A DNA stretch of 64,000 nt from Candidatus Uhrbacteria bacterium CG10_big_fil_rev_8_21_14_0_10_50_16 (lineage in GTDB: Bacteria > Patescibacteriota > Patescibacteriia > UBA9934 > UBA11717): assembly GCA_002774875.1 (NCBI GenBank), contig PCYM01000001.1, positions 182,153 through 246,152 on the forward strand, read 5' to 3'. This document shows, in pieces, positions 9,741 to 19,782 of this stretch. The position numbers and the translations under genes were made by a program. The notes under the pieces were generated by a model. The model had not been told where the DNA came from. It saw only the letters and a program-made list of their open reading frames with translations, and searched no databases. How positions within the stretch are numbered: position 1 is the first letter of the stretch; the number at the start of each line of letters is the position of its first letter.

Positions 9741-10754
9741 ATGGCGTTTGACTGGAACAATCTTCCGCGGCCAATCATTGCTCTCTCTCCCATGGCAGAC
9801 ATGACGGACTCCGCGTTTTGCCAAACCGTCAAAGAAGTTGGTTCCCCTATTTTGTTTCGTGAGATGGTGAGTGCTGAAGCGTTAGTACGTGCAAACGAAA
9901 AAACCATGGAGATGGTAGAGTTTGTAGAGGCAGAACGACCAATCATTCAACAGATTTTTGGATCGGACCCGGACACCATGGCCAAGGCTGCACAGATTGT
10001 GGAACAAACGGCACACCCAGAGGGAATTGATATCAACATGGGATGCCCCGTCTACAAGTTGACGTCGAGCTTTAATGGCGCCGCACTCATGAAAAACCCT
10101 GAGCTTGCCACACAGATTATCCAAAAAGTGAAAGTGGCGATTACCTGTCCTCTCTCTGTAAAAATTCGTGCGGGCTGGGATGACCCCGAGGAATGTATTG
10201 CGTTTGCAAAAGTTGTTGAGGCAGCCGGTGCGGACCTCATTACGATTCACGGCCGCACAAAGGCGCAAGCCTATGCCGGTTACTCGGACTGGGGTATTAT
10301 AAAGCGCGTAAAAGAGGCAGTGTCGATTCCGGTGCTTGCCAACGGTGATATCTTTTCTGCAGACGACGCACAGCGTGCGCTTGCCGTAACAGGTGCCGAC
10401 GGAGTCTTGGTGGCGCGCGGTGCACTTGGGAATCCGTGGATTTTTCCGCAGATCGTCGAGCAGCTCACCACGGGTACGATTGCAACCCGTCCAACCGTGC
10501 GTGAACATTTTGAACTTGTTCTGCGCCATGCCAAACGACACGTAGAACAATACGGAGAGCAAGGTCTTGTAACGTTTAGAAAACATTTGAGCTGGTACAC
10601 AAAAGGAATGCAGGGTGCAAAAGAAGTTCGATCTTCCCTGGTACGCATTCACACGTTTGAAGAATTAACCAATCTCTTGCAACCATTCTTGCAAGATAAT
10701 CGTCCAATGGAGCTTCAACGACTGGCGTCTCTTCAGCCAGAGTCTTACGACTAA
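9741..10754 (+). CDS. dus: tRNA-dihydrouridine synthase
   Basis: LSPMADMTDSAFCQ, DINMGCPVYK, TIHGRT motifs of Dus family. Confidence 0.85.
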   Translation: MAFDWNNLPRPIIALSPMADMTDSAFCQTVKEVGSPILFREMVSAEALVRANEKTMEMVEFVEAERPIIQQIFGSDPDTMAKAAQIVEQTAHPEGIDINMGCPVYKLTSSFNGAALMKNPELATQIIQKVKVAITCPLSVKIRAGWDDPEECIAFAKVVEAAGADLITIHGRTKAQAYAGYSDWGIIKRVKEAVSIPVLANGDIFSADDAQRALAVTGADGVLVARGALGNPWIFPQIVEQLTTGTIATRPTVREHFELVLRHAKRHVEQYGEQGLVTFRKHLSWYTKGMQGAKEVRSSLVRIHTFEELTNLLQPFLQDNRPMELQRLASLQPESYD

Positions 10755-10773
10755 TCCCTCTGGGATCTCATCT

Positions 10774-12099
10774 ATGTCAACAACCAAAAAGACAACACGA
10801 TCGTGGCACGCCGGTAAGGATCTCGTTTTATTTGTAGAACGCATGCCCGTTGGTGCGGAAAAAATCATAAAGGCACACGGCCGCACCCATGGACGCAACC
10901 TAAAGGTGGGTGTGATTTATGACTCTCGCAGTTCCCTTTCCAAAACCTACATCCTCAAACATAAATCCATGTTTGATGTTCTGATTCCCTGTGATTTTTC
11001 GGATCATAAATTTATTACCAAGGCTTTGCAGCCCTATCTCGATCGACTCCTAGCCATCACCTGCCGGTCCGAAGCCAACATGATGAAGTTCCGACAAATT
11101 ATTCCGCACGTTCCTTATTTGCGAACACCCACGATGGATTCGCTTTCCTGGTCCACAAACAAGCTCGCCATGCGACGCCGTTTTGCCGCTTGGGATAAAG
11201 CCATTACGCCTGCCTACACGGTTGTTCACGATGGAGGTAAAGAGAGCATTAAAAAGATTAAGAAAAAAATTGGTTTTCCGCTCGTTGTTAAGCCAACCGG
11301 ATTAGCACAAAGCATTTTGGTGACACTCTGTTTTCATGAAGAAGAATTAGAGGCGGCTTTGCGTCGCACGTTTAGAACGGTGAATCGTATTTACCGAGAA
11401 CGTGACAGTAAGGAGGAAGCAACTGTACTTGTGGAACAATTCATTGAAGGAGAAATGTATTCCGTGGACGCTTACGTTGATACACGCGGACGCATTACGT
11501 TCTGCCCGATGGTGTGGATTAAAACAGGTCGCGCGATTGGATTTGACGACTTCTTTGGTTATCAGCAAATGACGCCAACACGCCTCACCAAAGAGAGCGT
11601 CGCGGCAGCTGAGAAAACGGCGACCGCGTCAATCCGTGCCCTTGGTCTACGTAGTACAACGGCACACATTGAGATGATTCGCGACGATAACACGTGGAGG
11701 ATCGTGGAGGTTGGTGCACGACCAGGTGGGTTCCGAGTCGAGCTTTATAAACTCTCCTACGGAATCGACCATATTCTCAACGACGTATTAATTCGCATCC
11801 CCGAGAAAGTGAGCGTATCTCGACGCATAAAAGGCACGACCGCTGCCATGAAATTTTTTGCCAAACAAGAAGGAAAACTGGTAAAGATCAAAGGGCTCAA
11901 AAAGGCCGAAAAGCTTAAATCGTTTTACGAGGTGACGGTTAATAAGGTTCCCGGAGATCCATGTAAGTTTGCAAAAAATGGTGGAACGAGCGTATTTAAC
12001 ATCATCATGTTTAACAAGGAACGTTCGGAACTCCTTGCAGACATCCGCCGGTTAGAGCAAATGATCGATATTCAAACCGTTAAGAAGTCTTCCAAGTAG
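10774..12099 (+). CDS. ATP-grasp domain protein (unknown substrate)
   Basis: IGFPLVVKPTGLAQS, VLVEQFIEGEMYSVDAYV, EVGARPGG: ATP-grasp fold signatures; 441 aa. Confidence 0.55.
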   Translation: MSTTKKTTRSWHAGKDLVLFVERMPVGAEKIIKAHGRTHGRNLKVGVIYDSRSSLSKTYILKHKSMFDVLIPCDFSDHKFITKALQPYLDRLLAITCRSEANMMKFRQIIPHVPYLRTPTMDSLSWSTNKLAMRRRFAAWDKAITPAYTVVHDGGKESIKKIKKKIGFPLVVKPTGLAQSILVTLCFHEEELEAALRRTFRTVNRIYRERDSKEEATVLVEQFIEGEMYSVDAYVDTRGRITFCPMVWIKTGRAIGFDDFFGYQQMTPTRLTKESVAAAEKTATASIRALGLRSTTAHIEMIRDDNTWRIVEVGARPGGFRVELYKLSYGIDHILNDVLIRIPEKVSVSRRIKGTTAAMKFFAKQEGKLVKIKGLKKAEKLKSFYEVTVNKVPGDPCKFAKNGGTSVFNIIMFNKERSELLADIRRLEQMIDIQTVKKSSK

Positions 12100-12100
12100 G

Positions 12101-12138
12101 TAAAAACTCCTCGAGCAATTCGAGGAGTTTTTATTTGA
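12101..12138 (+). terminator. bidirectional intrinsic terminator
   Basis: AAAAACTCCTCGagcaattCGAGGAGTTTTTATTT. Confidence 0.7.
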
Positions 12139-12361
12139 TTCAATGTGTGAGATTAACGTTCTCCGGCGATTGGCAGATGTAGGGGCTCCAGAGGTGACGG
12201 CTGTATCTTAACGGCAATCAATGCGCCAAAAAACGCGATAAGAAGTATAACGATAAGGAAAAATCGGTAGTGATCTTTGAAGGTCATGCTAAAAGTATAC
12301 CGCGTTGACAGGTGCCTGTGAATACGATACACTCGTGTTGCCTTAATTGAGGCATGGAGAT

Positions 12362-12435
12362 TCGGGGATCGTCTAATGGTAGGACACCAGGTTCTGGTCC
12401 TGGGAATCGGGGTTCGAGCCCCTGTCCCCGAACCA
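12362..12435 (+). tRNA. tRNA-Gln (anticodon CTG), CCA encoded
   Basis: Cloverleaf: acceptor TCGGGGA/TCCCCGA, anticodon stem CCAGG/CCTGG with loop TTCTGGT, T-arm CGGGG-TTCGAGC-CCCTG, then ACCA. Promoter TTGACA-17-TACACT at 12305-12340. Confidence 0.8.
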
Positions 12436-12476
12436 AAGAAAAACCACGGCAGCGCGCCGTGATTTTTCTTTGTGTG
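12416..12476 (+). repeat. tRNA 3' end plus terminator, copy 1 of a 60-nt direct repeat
   Basis: gagcccctgtcccc..aaaaaccacggcagcgcgccgtgatttttctttgtg; repeated 202 nt downstream. Confidence 0.7.
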
Positions 12477-12617
12477 ATGGGGTGGAGAGAACATGCCATT
12501 GAGGCATGTTTGACGGGTGAGAACGGCCGGAGCCATGTTGCGCTGATATTGGCGAGAAGCGCAACGGCGAGGCCCGGACCCGAACCCGAATTTTCGGAAG
12601 AACATGAGAGGTGAGGG

Positions 12618-12678
12618 CGAGCCCCTGTCCCCTTCCACAGGAAAAATCACGGGCGCTGCCGTGATTTTTCTTTGTGAG
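12618..12678 (+). repeat. copy 2 of tRNA-3'-end/terminator repeat (partial tRNA duplicate, putative att-like scar)
   Basis: gagcccctgtcccc..aaaaatcacgggcgctgccgtgatttttctttgtg; terminator hairpin preserved with compensatory changes. Confidence 0.65.
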
Positions 12679-12704
12679 AGGAATGTGAGTTCTTACTGAA
12701 GCGA

Positions 12705-13061
12705 CTATTCTTTTATAACGCGTACAACCTGCTTGCAGCTTGCGTATCCTTCTGATAGCGTCCTGTACATTCCTGTGCTCGCCTGTCTTGTCCGTTCAAG
12801 TTCACTCCCTAAAGCACTTAGTTGAGAAGCAACGTGCTTAAACAGAGGAAGACTGTCACGAGGCTGCAAAGCCTCTCGTACGGAAGAAATAACAAGATAA
12901 GCTTCTCTTGCAAAAGGCGACGGTTCTTCTCCTGTTTCCCTATCCACAACCACCTCGTCTTTCGACGTTACAGGAGCGGTTTCGACCTCCGACTTGGCAG
13001 CTCCTAGGTGACAATCGTTTGTGTGACCAGTAAAACTTGGTGACCCGCACGCCTCACACAC
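12705..13061 (-). CDS. hypothetical protein (GTG start)
   Basis: 118-aa ORF, AGGA 9 nt upstream of GTG; no homology recognised. Confidence 0.3.
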   Translation of the reverse strand: MCEACGSPSFTGHTNDCHLGAAKSEVETAPVTSKDEVVVDRETGEEPSPFAREAYLVISSVREALQPRDSLPLFKHVASQLSALGSELERTRQASTGMYRTLSEGYASCKQVVRVIKE

Positions 13062-13348
13062 GATTCCGATCCTGACTCGATATTGAACATAAGGAGATAG
13101 GAGTGACTCTCTTAGAAATATGTAAATGATGTGTCTATCTTAGTGGAAGCACCATTCGAGCAGCTGTACTGGATGAATCCCGTTCGAGCTGTGCACGGAG
13201 GATCCCCCGCAGTTCCCGTCTCCAACCTCGAGCAAGATTATGCATGACGTTTCCCCTCTCCAATGATGCTGGTCTACATCCCTCTTGACGTATGCTATTC
13301 ATGACGTTGTATCAACAATAAAAAAAACACCCCGCAAGAGAGGTGTTT

Positions 13349-14911
13349 TTAGCTTACCACCGTGCCACCAAACGCCTCCAAAACACTTGTTACCTGCGGG
13401 TCCTGCTCCACATTGGAGAAGATGGCCTGTATCCCCACATTTTCTCCAACCACCTCGGTGAGGATTCCTGCAAGGAGGTGATTATTCTTTGGCTGATTAA
13501 CCGTCTCCGCGTAGAACTCAAATTTTACTTTGATAATGGCACGGCCGCCATCCACACGTATCGGCTCTGCTAACTCAAGCGCGAGAGGAAGTGATGCATG
13601 CCGTTCCCGCACGGTTTTTTGAAACGTGCTCCAATACCGTTTAATTATCTCAAACGTCACCTTTTCACCTGGTACCGTCTCCGCCTTTGGATCCGCATCA
13701 ATCCGAACAGCCTCAACAGTGGGTACTACGACGGATTTTTTTTCAATCACCACCGGCGTAACCTCTTGAGGAGCTTCTATTACTGCCGGTCGTGCCTCAA
13801 CGATAGGAGACAGGGGTAAGGTTGCTATTTGTACGCCATCACAAGCATCGATAATTGCAAGTTCAATGCCTAATTGTGGAAGATGATACGAGTACTCCTT
13901 GTACTGTGTCTGGGCCGACAAAAAAAGATCCAGCAACTGCTTAATACGAGAAATACTTACGTCCGTAAAACACGCACGGAGATCCGCTTGTTGCTCCTGT
14001 GTATATCCTTTATCTTCTCCACCCCCAATACGTTGCAAAAGTGCCAATCGCATAAGCTGCACAATCTCCCCCACGAGTCTTGCAGGTTCTGCGCCCGTAT
14101 CAATAAGCTCATGTACGCAATGGAGTGCTTGATCGACGGTTTGACTCACTAACAATGTTAACAAGCGCATGGTCTGTTCCACATCCACGATCGGCATTAC
14201 AACTCGTGCCCGCTCGGCTGTAATGGACTTTGCGTCCAACGTCAACACTTGTTCGAGTAAACTAATGGCATCACGCACATGTCCGCCAGACCGGCGCGCG
14301 ATCTCCTCTAACACCAACGTGTCCACGTGCACACCTTCCCTTTTTGCGATTACGTCTAATCGGTCCGTCAACAATTCTGCAGGCACATTGGTAAAATCGT
14401 ACCGCTGACACCGACTCACAATGGTGTCTGGAATTTTGTGCAACTCCGTGGTCGCCAAAATAAACATCGCGTACGACGGTGGTTCTTCGAGTGTTTTAAG
14501 TAATGCATTAAACGCGCCCTTGGAGAGCATGTGTACCTCGTCTACAATAAACACTTTCTTGGCAAGTTGCGTGGGCGCAAAACGCACGTTCTCAATCACA
14601 TTCTCGCGCACATTGTCGACACCGGTGTGAGACGCTGCATCAATCTCAATCACATCCATTGCGGAACCTTCTGTGATAGACCTACACGCTGGACACACCT
14701 CACACGGCTCTGCACCCTTACGGTCTGCACAGTTAACGGCCTTGGCAAGTAATCGTGCAATAGTTGTTTTTCCAATCCCGCGAGGTCCAGAAAACAGGTA
14801 GGCATGTGCCACGGTGTCGGTTTCTAATTGATGCCGAATTGGCGTCACAACATGATGTTGCCCTGTAACCTCCTTGAATGTTTGTGGTCGATAGGTGCGA
14901 TAAAGGCTCAT
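13349..14911 (-). CDS. dnaX: DNA polymerase III subunit gamma/tau
   Basis: MSLYRTYRPQTFKEVTGQHHVV..LFSGPRGIGKTTIARLLAKAVNC (clamp-loader Walker A), zinc module CEVCPAC. Start set at Met8 by homology. Confidence 0.85.
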   Translation of the reverse strand: MSLYRTYRPQTFKEVTGQHHVVTPIRHQLETDTVAHAYLFSGPRGIGKTTIARLLAKAVNCADRKGAEPCEVCPACRSITEGSAMDVIEIDAASHTGVDNVRENVIENVRFAPTQLAKKVFIVDEVHMLSKGAFNALLKTLEEPPSYAMFILATTELHKIPDTIVSRCQRYDFTNVPAELLTDRLDVIAKREGVHVDTLVLEEIARRSGGHVRDAISLLEQVLTLDAKSITAERARVVMPIVDVEQTMRLLTLLVSQTVDQALHCVHELIDTGAEPARLVGEIVQLMRLALLQRIGGGEDKGYTQEQQADLRACFTDVSISRIKQLLDLFLSAQTQYKEYSYHLPQLGIELAIIDACDGVQIATLPLSPIVEARPAVIEAPQEVTPVVIEKKSVVVPTVEAVRIDADPKAETVPGEKVTFEIIKRYWSTFQKTVRERHASLPLALELAEPIRVDGGRAIIKVKFEFYAETVNQPKNNHLLAGILTEVVGENVGIQAIFSNVEQDPQVTSVLEAFGGTVVS

Positions 14912-14955
14912 AGTGGAGGCAGTATACCACAATCAAAAGACCGCCCTGAGGCGGC

Positions 14956-15570
14956 CTATTTCTTGATAATATTCTCAACGGCGGCCCAAGATGCGGTCTG
15001 TCCTTGCGGCAAAAGCCCCACAATCTCGTCGCCTGCCTCCCCTCGAAAATACGTGACGCTTGCCGTGAGAACGTGGTAAGAGGTTCCGTCTTCGTCGATG
15101 AGCGCATAGTTGCCGTAATCGTCAATGGCCAACGTTCCAACCACACGATCCCGCTCCACCGGTCCGATTTGCTTAAAGATAAACGATCCATCTTCCTTAA
15201 TAACGAGCTTCATAATGTCCCCTTCCACCAGTTTGGATTTAGAAGCGTAGTTGGGAGGAATATTATATTTAACCCCATCGGTCCCCATCATACGCTCCCC
15301 ATCAAACACACCTTCTACAGTACGATCCTCCCCTTCCTCATCACGAGGAGCCACTTGTGTTTTATAGAGCGCCGTGTCGAGTTCCAGGTCTCCTTCTCCA
15401 CGTTCGAGCATGTCTAACACATTGTCCATTTGCTGACGCATTTGTCGCAGAGCACGAATCGCAACACGCACCCGCTGGTCGGGTGATCGTACCTCTTCGC
15501 TCTGGCCGTGCATGTTTGGCTCTAGAGCAAACTGGTCGTTGGCGTCATCGAATGTTGGGAGAAACGGCAT
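14956..15570 (-). CDS. hypothetical protein
   Basis: 204-aa acidic ORF immediately upstream of dnaX, own terminator GGCCGCCtcaGGGCGGTC+T-run. Confidence 0.5.
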   Translation of the reverse strand: MPFLPTFDDANDQFALEPNMHGQSEEVRSPDQRVRVAIRALRQMRQQMDNVLDMLERGEGDLELDTALYKTQVAPRDEEGEDRTVEGVFDGERMMGTDGVKYNIPPNYASKSKLVEGDIMKLVIKEDGSFIFKQIGPVERDRVVGTLAIDDYGNYALIDEDGTSYHVLTASVTYFRGEAGDEIVGLLPQGQTASWAAVENIIKK

Positions 15571-15683
15571 TTTATTTTTCTTTTTGCCCAGAACGTTTTT
15601 GTGGGCGCCTCCTTAGTAGCCTCAGTATAACATCTGTACGCGCGTTGGAGTAGAACAAGATCACGTGTTGCCTGTGGAAAAGT

Positions 15684-18239
15684 CTACAACGATGCAGGGA
15701 GTGTTGGCGCAACGGGCGGTGGCGGTGTTGGCGATCCGTATCCAGAACGTCGCGCGATGTCGCGTTCTACCTGTGCACGCGGTTTTCCGTAGGTAAGTCG
15801 TGCAAGCTGACGGATTTTTTCTGCAAGTTCTGGATTTGATTTGACGGGCGGTAAACTCGTCATAGTAAACGGCGGCAACTGCGTATTATTTTTTATCATC
15901 TTTGTGTACCACGTAAACGGATCGGAGTTAATGAGGTCGTTGGCATTAAACTCTGGTGCGAAGACTTTAATAAAGGTGTCCGTGTCCTCCGGTCCAATGC
16001 GACTCACAAACATCGATCCCACGTTTCCCAAAATCGCGTCGCGAATTTCCGTGTCCCCGCGTTGCACCACTTGGCTCATGTATTGGTGAGCCAAAATGAG
16101 ATCGAGTCGATATTTACGCGCCTCGGAAAGAATTGTTGCAATACTTGGCGTCACAAAGTTTTGAAACTCGTCGATATAAAGGTAGAAGTCTTTTCGCAGC
16201 TCCTCTGCCATGTCGGCGCGTGCCATAGCCGCCATTTGAAGTTTCGACACAATCACCAATCCCAAAAGCTGCGCGTTTACCTCTCCTGTTTTTCCTTTGG
16301 AAAGATCGATCAACAAGATTTTTTCCTTGTCCATCACCTCGCGGAAACTAAATCCGGAATGCGTTTGACCAATAATATTGCGCATCATGGCGTCCTCCAC
16401 AAAACGACCAACCTTGGAGATGAGGTAACCTAACATCTCGGACTTATGGAAGTCACTCACCTTTGCCATCTCTTGTTCCCAATACGCACGCACAACAGGA
16501 TCCTTAACCTTTGCAACCCATTGCTTCTGAAAGTCTTCGTCGCTAAACATGCGAGGGATCTCGGCAATCGTCCCCGGGTTCTCAAAATCTGACATAAGCG
16601 TAAGCATCACGTTGCGCATATGATGCTCAAACGTTGGCCCGATCATGTCTGGCGGAAACAACTTATAGAAAATGGAAATCATGTCCTGCACCGTAAGGTC
16701 GATCAACGCAGGCGTTGGTGCCTCCAACATGTTGAGTCCAACCGGCATGTCTGTGTCATATGGCGCAAACACCACCACATCCTCAATACGGTCCGGTGGA
16801 ATCGCCCCAAGAATCGTCGTAATAGCGTCTCCATGGGGATCCACGTAGCAAACACCGTGACCAGCAACAATATCGGCCACCGCCATGGCAACAATTTCTG
16901 TGGTTTTTCCGGAACCAGACTTACCGATAAAATACATGTGGCGCTGACGATCCGATGCAGAAATGCGAATCGGCGTCTTGGCACCTCTGTATTTATTGTG
17001 ACCAAGCAAAATTCCTTCCTTTGGCATATCGGCAGGCGCCGGTGCTGTGCGTGCGCCAAGCCAATCAATGTTCGACACAGGCGTGCCCGACATGGGAGGA
17101 TGCCACAAACTGGCAAGCTCTTCCGTGTTTAATACCAATCCTTCAGAATCGACGTAATTGCGATAAATAAAATCTTGCACCATGCGTGAGATATTACGTG
17201 GCACACTCTTTTCAAAACTATTCCCGAATTGGTAAATGTTGTATTGCGAAAAACTATTAAGAATATTATTGAGCGACGCTTGTGCAGATCCAACGTTTTC
17301 TGCACTCACGAGTATACGAATATTCACATCAAGCCCTGCACGTGAGGCCTTGTCTTCGATCCCTTTAAGCATCTCACGCTCGCGATCACTCATCTGACGC
17401 TGCGGCTCCTGCGACCCAGAACCATTTTTATCGCTTTTTCCAGAGATCAAACTCCCAAGTTTCATTCCGGAACCTCCTTCCTTTGGACTCTTCCCTTTTA
17501 ACGCCTGCTTGATTGTTGCCCCCTCCTGCATTAATTTGACAACGTTCAAGCCTCTTTCTCGCCAGGAACCTTTTGCAGAACGCGCGACAACCTGGATTGC
17601 TGCTCCGTCTGTTTCTGGGACTTTTGCCAATGCATTCAACAAGGCATAAAGAGGATCAGATTCAAGCTGTTTGTACGTTTTAATAGGAAACAAGTCCTCG
17701 CGCTTTAACGTGACATAGCTTCCAAGCACAACACCCGTTGGCGTAAACATATTGTAATCTTCCGCCTCCTCTACCTCTGCATCCGGAAACTGCGCATGCA
17801 ACTGCTGTACCATAAGCTCCTTCATAGCCGCAGGCGTTGCCACATAAAAATAAATAACCCCCGCTTTTACGACCATCTCAAATGCAATGTGATCTGTCCT
17901 GCCGTGCAACCATGCATTAAATCCTTTCTGATATGGTAGTCCACCGAGCGCCGAAAAAAACGTCTCTGCCACAGCAATGTCTTCCTGCACTTGTCGCAGT
18001 TCTAATGCTTCCTCACGCTCGCTCGATACAAATCGCGGGATCCGAACACGTAATACACGCATGTGCAAATTACCTCCCGCTTTACGGTGCGCGCGTAGAT
18101 GAAACCCACGGAACACAAAGAGCGCCGCTACGAGAATTCCTATCACCAGCAGCCCAATGACAACAGGAACAAGGCTCTCGATCATCGAAGGCGTGGATGA
18201 GAGTGTTGAGGCACTCGTGTTGAGGGTGATGGCAAACAT
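15684..18239 (-). CDS. TraD/VirD4/TrwB-like P-loop ATPase with N-terminal TM segment (type IV coupling-protein family)
   Basis: N-terminal TM helices, Walker A YFIGKSGSGKTT, Walker B LYIDEFQNF, 851 aa. Confidence 0.55.
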   Translation of the reverse strand: MFAITLNTSASTLSSTPSMIESLVPVVIGLLVIGILVAALFVFRGFHLRAHRKAGGNLHMRVLRVRIPRFVSSEREEALELRQVQEDIAVAETFFSALGGLPYQKGFNAWLHGRTDHIAFEMVVKAGVIYFYVATPAAMKELMVQQLHAQFPDAEVEEAEDYNMFTPTGVVLGSYVTLKREDLFPIKTYKQLESDPLYALLNALAKVPETDGAAIQVVARSAKGSWRERGLNVVKLMQEGATIKQALKGKSPKEGGSGMKLGSLISGKSDKNGSGSQEPQRQMSDREREMLKGIEDKASRAGLDVNIRILVSAENVGSAQASLNNILNSFSQYNIYQFGNSFEKSVPRNISRMVQDFIYRNYVDSEGLVLNTEELASLWHPPMSGTPVSNIDWLGARTAPAPADMPKEGILLGHNKYRGAKTPIRISASDRQRHMYFIGKSGSGKTTEIVAMAVADIVAGHGVCYVDPHGDAITTILGAIPPDRIEDVVVFAPYDTDMPVGLNMLEAPTPALIDLTVQDMISIFYKLFPPDMIGPTFEHHMRNVMLTLMSDFENPGTIAEIPRMFSDEDFQKQWVAKVKDPVVRAYWEQEMAKVSDFHKSEMLGYLISKVGRFVEDAMMRNIIGQTHSGFSFREVMDKEKILLIDLSKGKTGEVNAQLLGLVIVSKLQMAAMARADMAEELRKDFYLYIDEFQNFVTPSIATILSEARKYRLDLILAHQYMSQVVQRGDTEIRDAILGNVGSMFVSRIGPEDTDTFIKVFAPEFNANDLINSDPFTWYTKMIKNNTQLPPFTMTSLPPVKSNPELAEKIRQLARLTYGKPRAQVERDIARRSGYGSPTPPPPVAPTLPASL

Positions 18240-18243
18240 GCGA

Positions 18244-18750
18244 TTAACCGAGTAAATGATCAGATTCGGCGAGAGCCAAAATATGATCTGTTTTAATTTT
18301 AGACTCTTGTTCGAGATAGTGCTTATTGAGTTTTGGTGCCATGCCTAACCATTCGCGGATCAATCTCAACACGCGTGACGCCACAAGTTTTGCTTCTTGC
18401 CTCCAAACTAAAATTGTCCTCGCAACTTCTTCTCCTTTTGCCTTAAAGGCTGGTTTGAGATCTTGCGGCAATTCCTTATAGAAATCTTGTAGCCCTTCGG
18501 ACAAAATATCCTCTACCTGTACAAGTTCAGGATCTTTTTCTACAACGGGTGCCGCAACAGGCGTAACGGGCGTAACGGGTTGCTGCTGTACAGGTGCCTC
18601 GACAACAGGAGTTTGCTCCACAACCTCCGACGTTTGCTCATGTGTCGATTCAATATCCGTAAGTACCTCGGCCGCCGGCAACGGTTGCACATCCAATGTT
18701 TTCTTTACGCTTCCTTCCATAGTCATCAAATTATACCACGGCACACGCAT
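18244..18750 (-). CDS. hypothetical Pro/Val-rich protein, probably co-transcribed with the ATPase
   Basis: 168-aa ORF 4 nt upstream of the ATPase start; PVxxP repeats. Confidence 0.45.
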   Translation of the reverse strand: MRVPWYNLMTMEGSVKKTLDVQPLPAAEVLTDIESTHEQTSEVVEQTPVVEAPVQQQPVTPVTPVAAPVVEKDPELVQVEDILSEGLQDFYKELPQDLKPAFKAKGEEVARTILVWRQEAKLVASRVLRLIREWLGMAPKLNKHYLEQESKIKTDHILALAESDHLLG

Positions 18751-18782
18751 GCGTAAACGATGTTTTTCCGTTCTATCCCCAT

Positions 18783-19748
18783 ATGGCTGTGCACGCAGTC
18801 TGCGAAGGCACGCTGGCTATGTTATACTTTTGGTACATGACAAGGAGGTCAACGGTGCAACGTCTTAAGCGTGGAAACACGGAATGGTTCAACGTGGAAC
18901 ATGCACGCTCCCTAGACGTACAATCTCTTGTAAAACCCTTCCATCTTTCCGACGAAGATATTCGTTTGATTTTGGATGCCAGTCATAGATCACGGTTATT
19001 CGTACGACCTGATTATCTCATGGTGTTTTTAACGCATCCCGTTTACGATCGCGTACGAGATGATGTCGTGATACAGGAAATTGACCTATTGCTTACTCCC
19101 CACGCAATCGCCACTATTCACCACAGTCCTTTTAATCAGGTATCTAGCCTATTTTCGACATTACAGGCAACAAAGTCGCAAACAGCGCTCGGTGATCCCG
19201 CGCTCATTTTTGCCGATGTTCTATCTCTCCTCATTGAAGACGTGCGTGACATCTTAGAAATCCTTGCAAAACAAATCGACGTCGTAGAAGAGCAATTGTT
19301 TCATAATCGTCGCAGTCTATTGCAAGAGCTGCTTAGCATCCAAACCAACCTTATTGATGTGCAAAAAACGCTTGAATCACGTACAACGATTATCGATCGC
19401 TTGCTGGCCGCATTGCCAAAACGAACCGGATCCGCACGTACAGCAACCTACGCAGAGCTTCATCGTCAGACAGACGAGCTTCAAAATAGTCTCAACACGG
19501 AATATCAAACGATTGTTACCCTGCACCGTGCGCATGAGACCTACCTCAACTCGCGTACCAACAGGTTGATTTACATTTTGACATCTGTGACAATTATCGT
19601 AATGCCTGCCACGTTGCTTGCTGGGATTTTTGGGATGAATACGGTGCATCCATGGATTCTGGGAACAGAAAAAGACTTTTCGATTATTATTGCCATCATG
19701 GTTCTCAGCGGAACCTTTCTGTGGCTGTTTCTGCGTCGCAAACGTTAG
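18783..19748 (+). CDS. corA: CorA-family divalent cation transporter
   Basis: C-terminal two TM helices with GMN motif (FGMNTVHPW). Confidence 0.7.
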   Translation: MAVHAVCEGTLAMLYFWYMTRRSTVQRLKRGNTEWFNVEHARSLDVQSLVKPFHLSDEDIRLILDASHRSRLFVRPDYLMVFLTHPVYDRVRDDVVIQEIDLLLTPHAIATIHHSPFNQVSSLFSTLQATKSQTALGDPALIFADVLSLLIEDVRDILEILAKQIDVVEEQLFHNRRSLLQELLSIQTNLIDVQKTLESRTTIIDRLLAALPKRTGSARTATYAELHRQTDELQNSLNTEYQTIVTLHRAHETYLNSRTNRLIYILTSVTIIVMPATLLAGIFGMNTVHPWILGTEKDFSIIIAIMVLSGTFLWLFLRRKR

Positions 19749-19782
19749 AACCCAAAACGGGCTCAGAGGAGCCCGTTTTTTT

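Noticed and set aside
9882-10652. 256-aa ORF antisense to dus
   Set aside because: Cys/Arg-rich artefact inside a confidently assigned gene.
12153-12650. 165-aa minus-strand ORF and 86-aa plus ORF
   Set aside because: They run straight through tRNA-Gln and its terminators, so they are not coding.
13062-13348. SRP (4.5S) RNA next to dnaX, as in many bacteria
   Set aside because: No domain IV consensus (GGAAGGAAGCAG / GNAR loop context) found on either strand. The region ends in a weak terminator for dnaX.
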